From contig CAWBZI010000001.1 of the NCBI GenBank assembly GCA_963793265.1, positions 928,001 to 992,000 of the forward strand: DNA of 64,000 nucleotides, written 5' to 3'. The stretch comes from an uncultured cyanobacterium. GTDB taxonomy: Bacteria; Cyanobacteriota; Cyanobacteriia; Phormidesmidales; Phormidesmidaceae. Positions 62,308-64,000 of the stretch are shown piece after piece (position 1 is the first letter of the stretch; every line of letters starts with the position of its first letter). The notes below the pieces were generated by a model, which worked only from the letters and a program-made list of their open reading frames with translations, was not told where the DNA came from and made no database searches. The position numbers were made by a program, and so were the translations under genes.

Positions 62308-62332
62308 GTAGTTCATCGCTTGATCTGGACAT

Positions 62333-62353
62333 TAATAACGGCAAGCGTTATTA
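62333..62353. promoter_or_regulatory. Palindromic operator of higBA
   Basis: TAATAACG-N5-CGTTATTA perfect inverted repeat 7 bp before the higB ATG. Confidence 0.7.
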
Positions 62354-62360
62354 TTCATAG

Positions 62361-62642
62361 ATGATTGTTTCTTTCAAATGTAAGGAAACTGAAAAACTGT
62401 TTCGCGGTAGGTTCTCCCGTAAGCTGCCACAGAACATTCAGCGAATAGCAGCCCGTAAGTTGGAACAGCTTCATGCTGCCACCATTTTAGATACGCTGCG
62501 AGTACCCCCCGGCAATCGGCTCGAATCACTCAGCGGTGATAGAAAAGGGCAGCATAGTATTCGGATAAATGACCAGTGGAGACTTTGCTTCATTTGGCAC
62601 AACGGCAACGCAACTGATGTAGAAATAGTTGACTATCACTGA
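62361..62642 (+). CDS. higB: HigB (RelE/ParE-family) toxin
   Basis: 'MIVSFKCKETE', 'PPGNRLE.L.GDRKGQHSIRINDQWR', 'VEIVDYH'. Confidence 0.95.
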   Translation: MIVSFKCKETEKLFRGRFSRKLPQNIQRIAARKLEQLHAATILDTLRVPPGNRLESLSGDRKGQHSIRINDQWRLCFIWHNGNATDVEIVDYH

Positions 62643-62652
62643 GGTAACTTCG

Positions 62653-62979
62653 ATGAGCGATTCTCGAAACGAGAGGCTGAGCCAACGCGACTTTCCACCT
62701 ATACATCCCGGCGAGATACTGCTAGAAGACTTTCTTAAACCAATGGATCTCAGTCAGTATGCTTTATCTAAAGCTATTGGTGTTCCCCCTCGTCGGATCA
62801 ACGAAATTGCGCTTGGCAAAAGAGGCATCACTGCCGATACTGCTTTGCGGTTGGGTCATTTCTTCGGCATGGAAGCGCAGTTTTGGATGAACCTTCAAAC
62901 TCGGTACGATTTAGAAACAACGCGCGAACTCTTATCCGATCGATTGATCCAAGAAGTTCGCACTCGCTCAGCACTCTAA
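62653..62979 (+). CDS. higA: HigA (HTH-XRE) antitoxin
   Basis: 'PIHPGEIL.EDFL', 'RINEI..GKRGITADTALRL', 'FWMNLQ'. Confidence 0.95.
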   Translation: MSDSRNERLSQRDFPPIHPGEILLEDFLKPMDLSQYALSKAIGVPPRRINEIALGKRGITADTALRLGHFFGMEAQFWMNLQTRYDLETTRELLSDRLIQEVRTRSAL

Positions 62980-63055
62980 ACGGATAGCAGAACGATAAGC
63001 CTCGCTGTATTATTAGCTCAGTGGATCTTCAGTTGCTTCCAAGCGCTTTCTCCAA

Positions 63056-63619
63056 ATGGTACAAACTCCAACCAAACCGCTTACCCTATCAGCGTTTCTA
63101 GAACTTCCAGAAACTAAACCTGCGAGCGAGTTTATAGATGGCAAAATTACACAGAAGCCAATGCCAAAAGGGAAGCACAGCAGGCTACAAACTAAGCTAT
63201 CTAGCGTCATCAACGACTTTCTAGAGCCTCAAAAAACGGGCCTAGCCTTTACAGAGCTACGGTGTAGTTTCGACGGCTCAGCTATCGTTCCAGATATTGT
63301 CGTCTTGCACAGCAGCCGAATTCCTCGCGACGAGGACGGCGACATCGCAGACATTGTAGAAGTAGCGCCCGATCTAACTGTAGAGATTTTGTCTCCTCAG
63401 CAAAGCCAGACCAAAGTCATTAAAAAGATTTATCGCTGTCTTGCGCACGGTAGTGAGCTGGGCTGGCTGATTGATCCAAAAGAGAGAACAGTTTTGGTGT
63501 TTCGGGCAGAGCGGGCGATCGCAATCCTAGACAAACCATCAGATAGCCTACCAGTGCCTAGCGTTCTAACCGGCTTCAAGCTAACGATAGATACTCTCTT
63601 TGGCTGGTTGCAGGTGTGA
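63056..63619 (+). CDS. Uma2 family endonuclease (DUF820)
   Basis: 'PETKPASEFIDG', 'KHSRLQ', 'VPD', 'APDL.VEILSP', 'WLIDP'. Confidence 0.93.
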   Translation: MVQTPTKPLTLSAFLELPETKPASEFIDGKITQKPMPKGKHSRLQTKLSSVINDFLEPQKTGLAFTELRCSFDGSAIVPDIVVLHSSRIPRDEDGDIADIVEVAPDLTVEILSPQQSQTKVIKKIYRCLAHGSELGWLIDPKERTVLVFRAERAIAILDKPSDSLPVPSVLTGFKLTIDTLFGWLQV

Positions 63620-63621
63620 TT

Positions 63622-63660
63622 TGTCAGGTTGACTGCACGAGTATATCAATCAACCTGACA
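63622..63660. terminator. Inverted repeat between convergent genes
   Basis: TGTCAGGTTGA...TCAACCTGACA perfect 11-bp arms. Confidence 0.55.
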
Positions 63661-63671
63661 GCATTTCCCCC

Positions 63672-63998
63672 TTACAAAACGTTCAGTCGCTTCGTCAGCA
63701 CAACCATCACCTCATTATCGCGGTCAGTCGCAATAGGCCGACTCCAATCGTTAGGCTCCGCATAGCCAAGCTGGTGAAACTTTTTGATGGCGGCGCGTAC
63801 GGCGGGTAGAGTGCCGAAGACTAGGTGGCGAAGGTCTTCAGGCTGCGGCGATCGCCCACCACTCCCACCGGAACCCGAAGGCGGTACGGCAGCAAAATCA
63901 TCAGACGCCGCAGCGCCCGCATTAGCAGTCATAAACATGAGATCTGGTTTCCAAAGAGGGTGTACTGGAGAAAACCAGAACCCAAAATCCTTAGCCAC
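63672..63998 (-). CDS. Conserved cyanobacterial hypothetical protein (start uncertain, may lie outside window)
   Basis: 'RHLVFG...AV...I...H.LGYAEPNDWS.P' motif familiar from cyanobacterial accessory regions. Confidence 0.7.
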   Translation of the reverse strand: MAKDFGFWFSPVHPLWKPDLMFMTANAGAAASDDFAAVPPSGSGGSGGRSPQPEDLRHLVFGTLPAVRAAIKKFHQLGYAEPNDWSRPIATDRDNEVMVVLTKRLNVL

Positions 63999-64000
63999 TC

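Larger units (their letters stand above)
603..63855. repeat. Dispersed HIP1 octamer GCGATCGC
   Basis: About 18 perfect copies counted by eye in the first 10 kb (e.g. 603, 1399, 2818, 4516, 6216, 8907, 9268) and many later (e.g. 40653, 46551, 47498, 50270, 56964, 63848). Confidence 0.97.

Overview
Chromosomal window from a HIP1 (GCGATCGC)-rich cyanobacterium, probably a filamentous Leptolyngbyaceae/Phormidesmis-like strain (inferred from gene content only). About 1-11 kb: an acyl-transfer cluster (acyl-CoA dehydrogenase, ACP, two MBOATs ending in F[IV]YxxF, two SGNH/DltD-like partners) interleaved with an NdbB-like quinone reductase, an HTTM-DCC1 fusion and pxcA. About 11-51 kb: mostly core genes (psbM, 2Fe-2S protein, psbB-psbT, nrdR, rpsA, metK, petR-petP, codA, comF, ccmP, dnaG, queA, psbA, tilS, minCDE, hli, hetZ-patU, argD, recF, tRNA-Gln, cobQ, cbbY, dprA). 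About 51.5-57 kb: a guanidine-utilisation locus (gdmH, HypA/HypB-like Ni chaperones, ABC transporter) with no guanidine riboswitch recognisable by eye. About 57.9-64 kb: a HIP1-poor, defence-like island with a doubly interrupted caspase-nSTAND-WD40-TPR gene, higBA and Uma2. The most notable unexplained pattern is that base composition flips polarity at HIP1 sites (G/T-rich on the 5' side, C/A-rich on the 3' side) regardless of gene direction. Also notable: a CP47 His201Asn substitution and a pseudogene whose apparent deletion junction is a HIP1 site. All calls are from motif recognition by eye; no searches were run.
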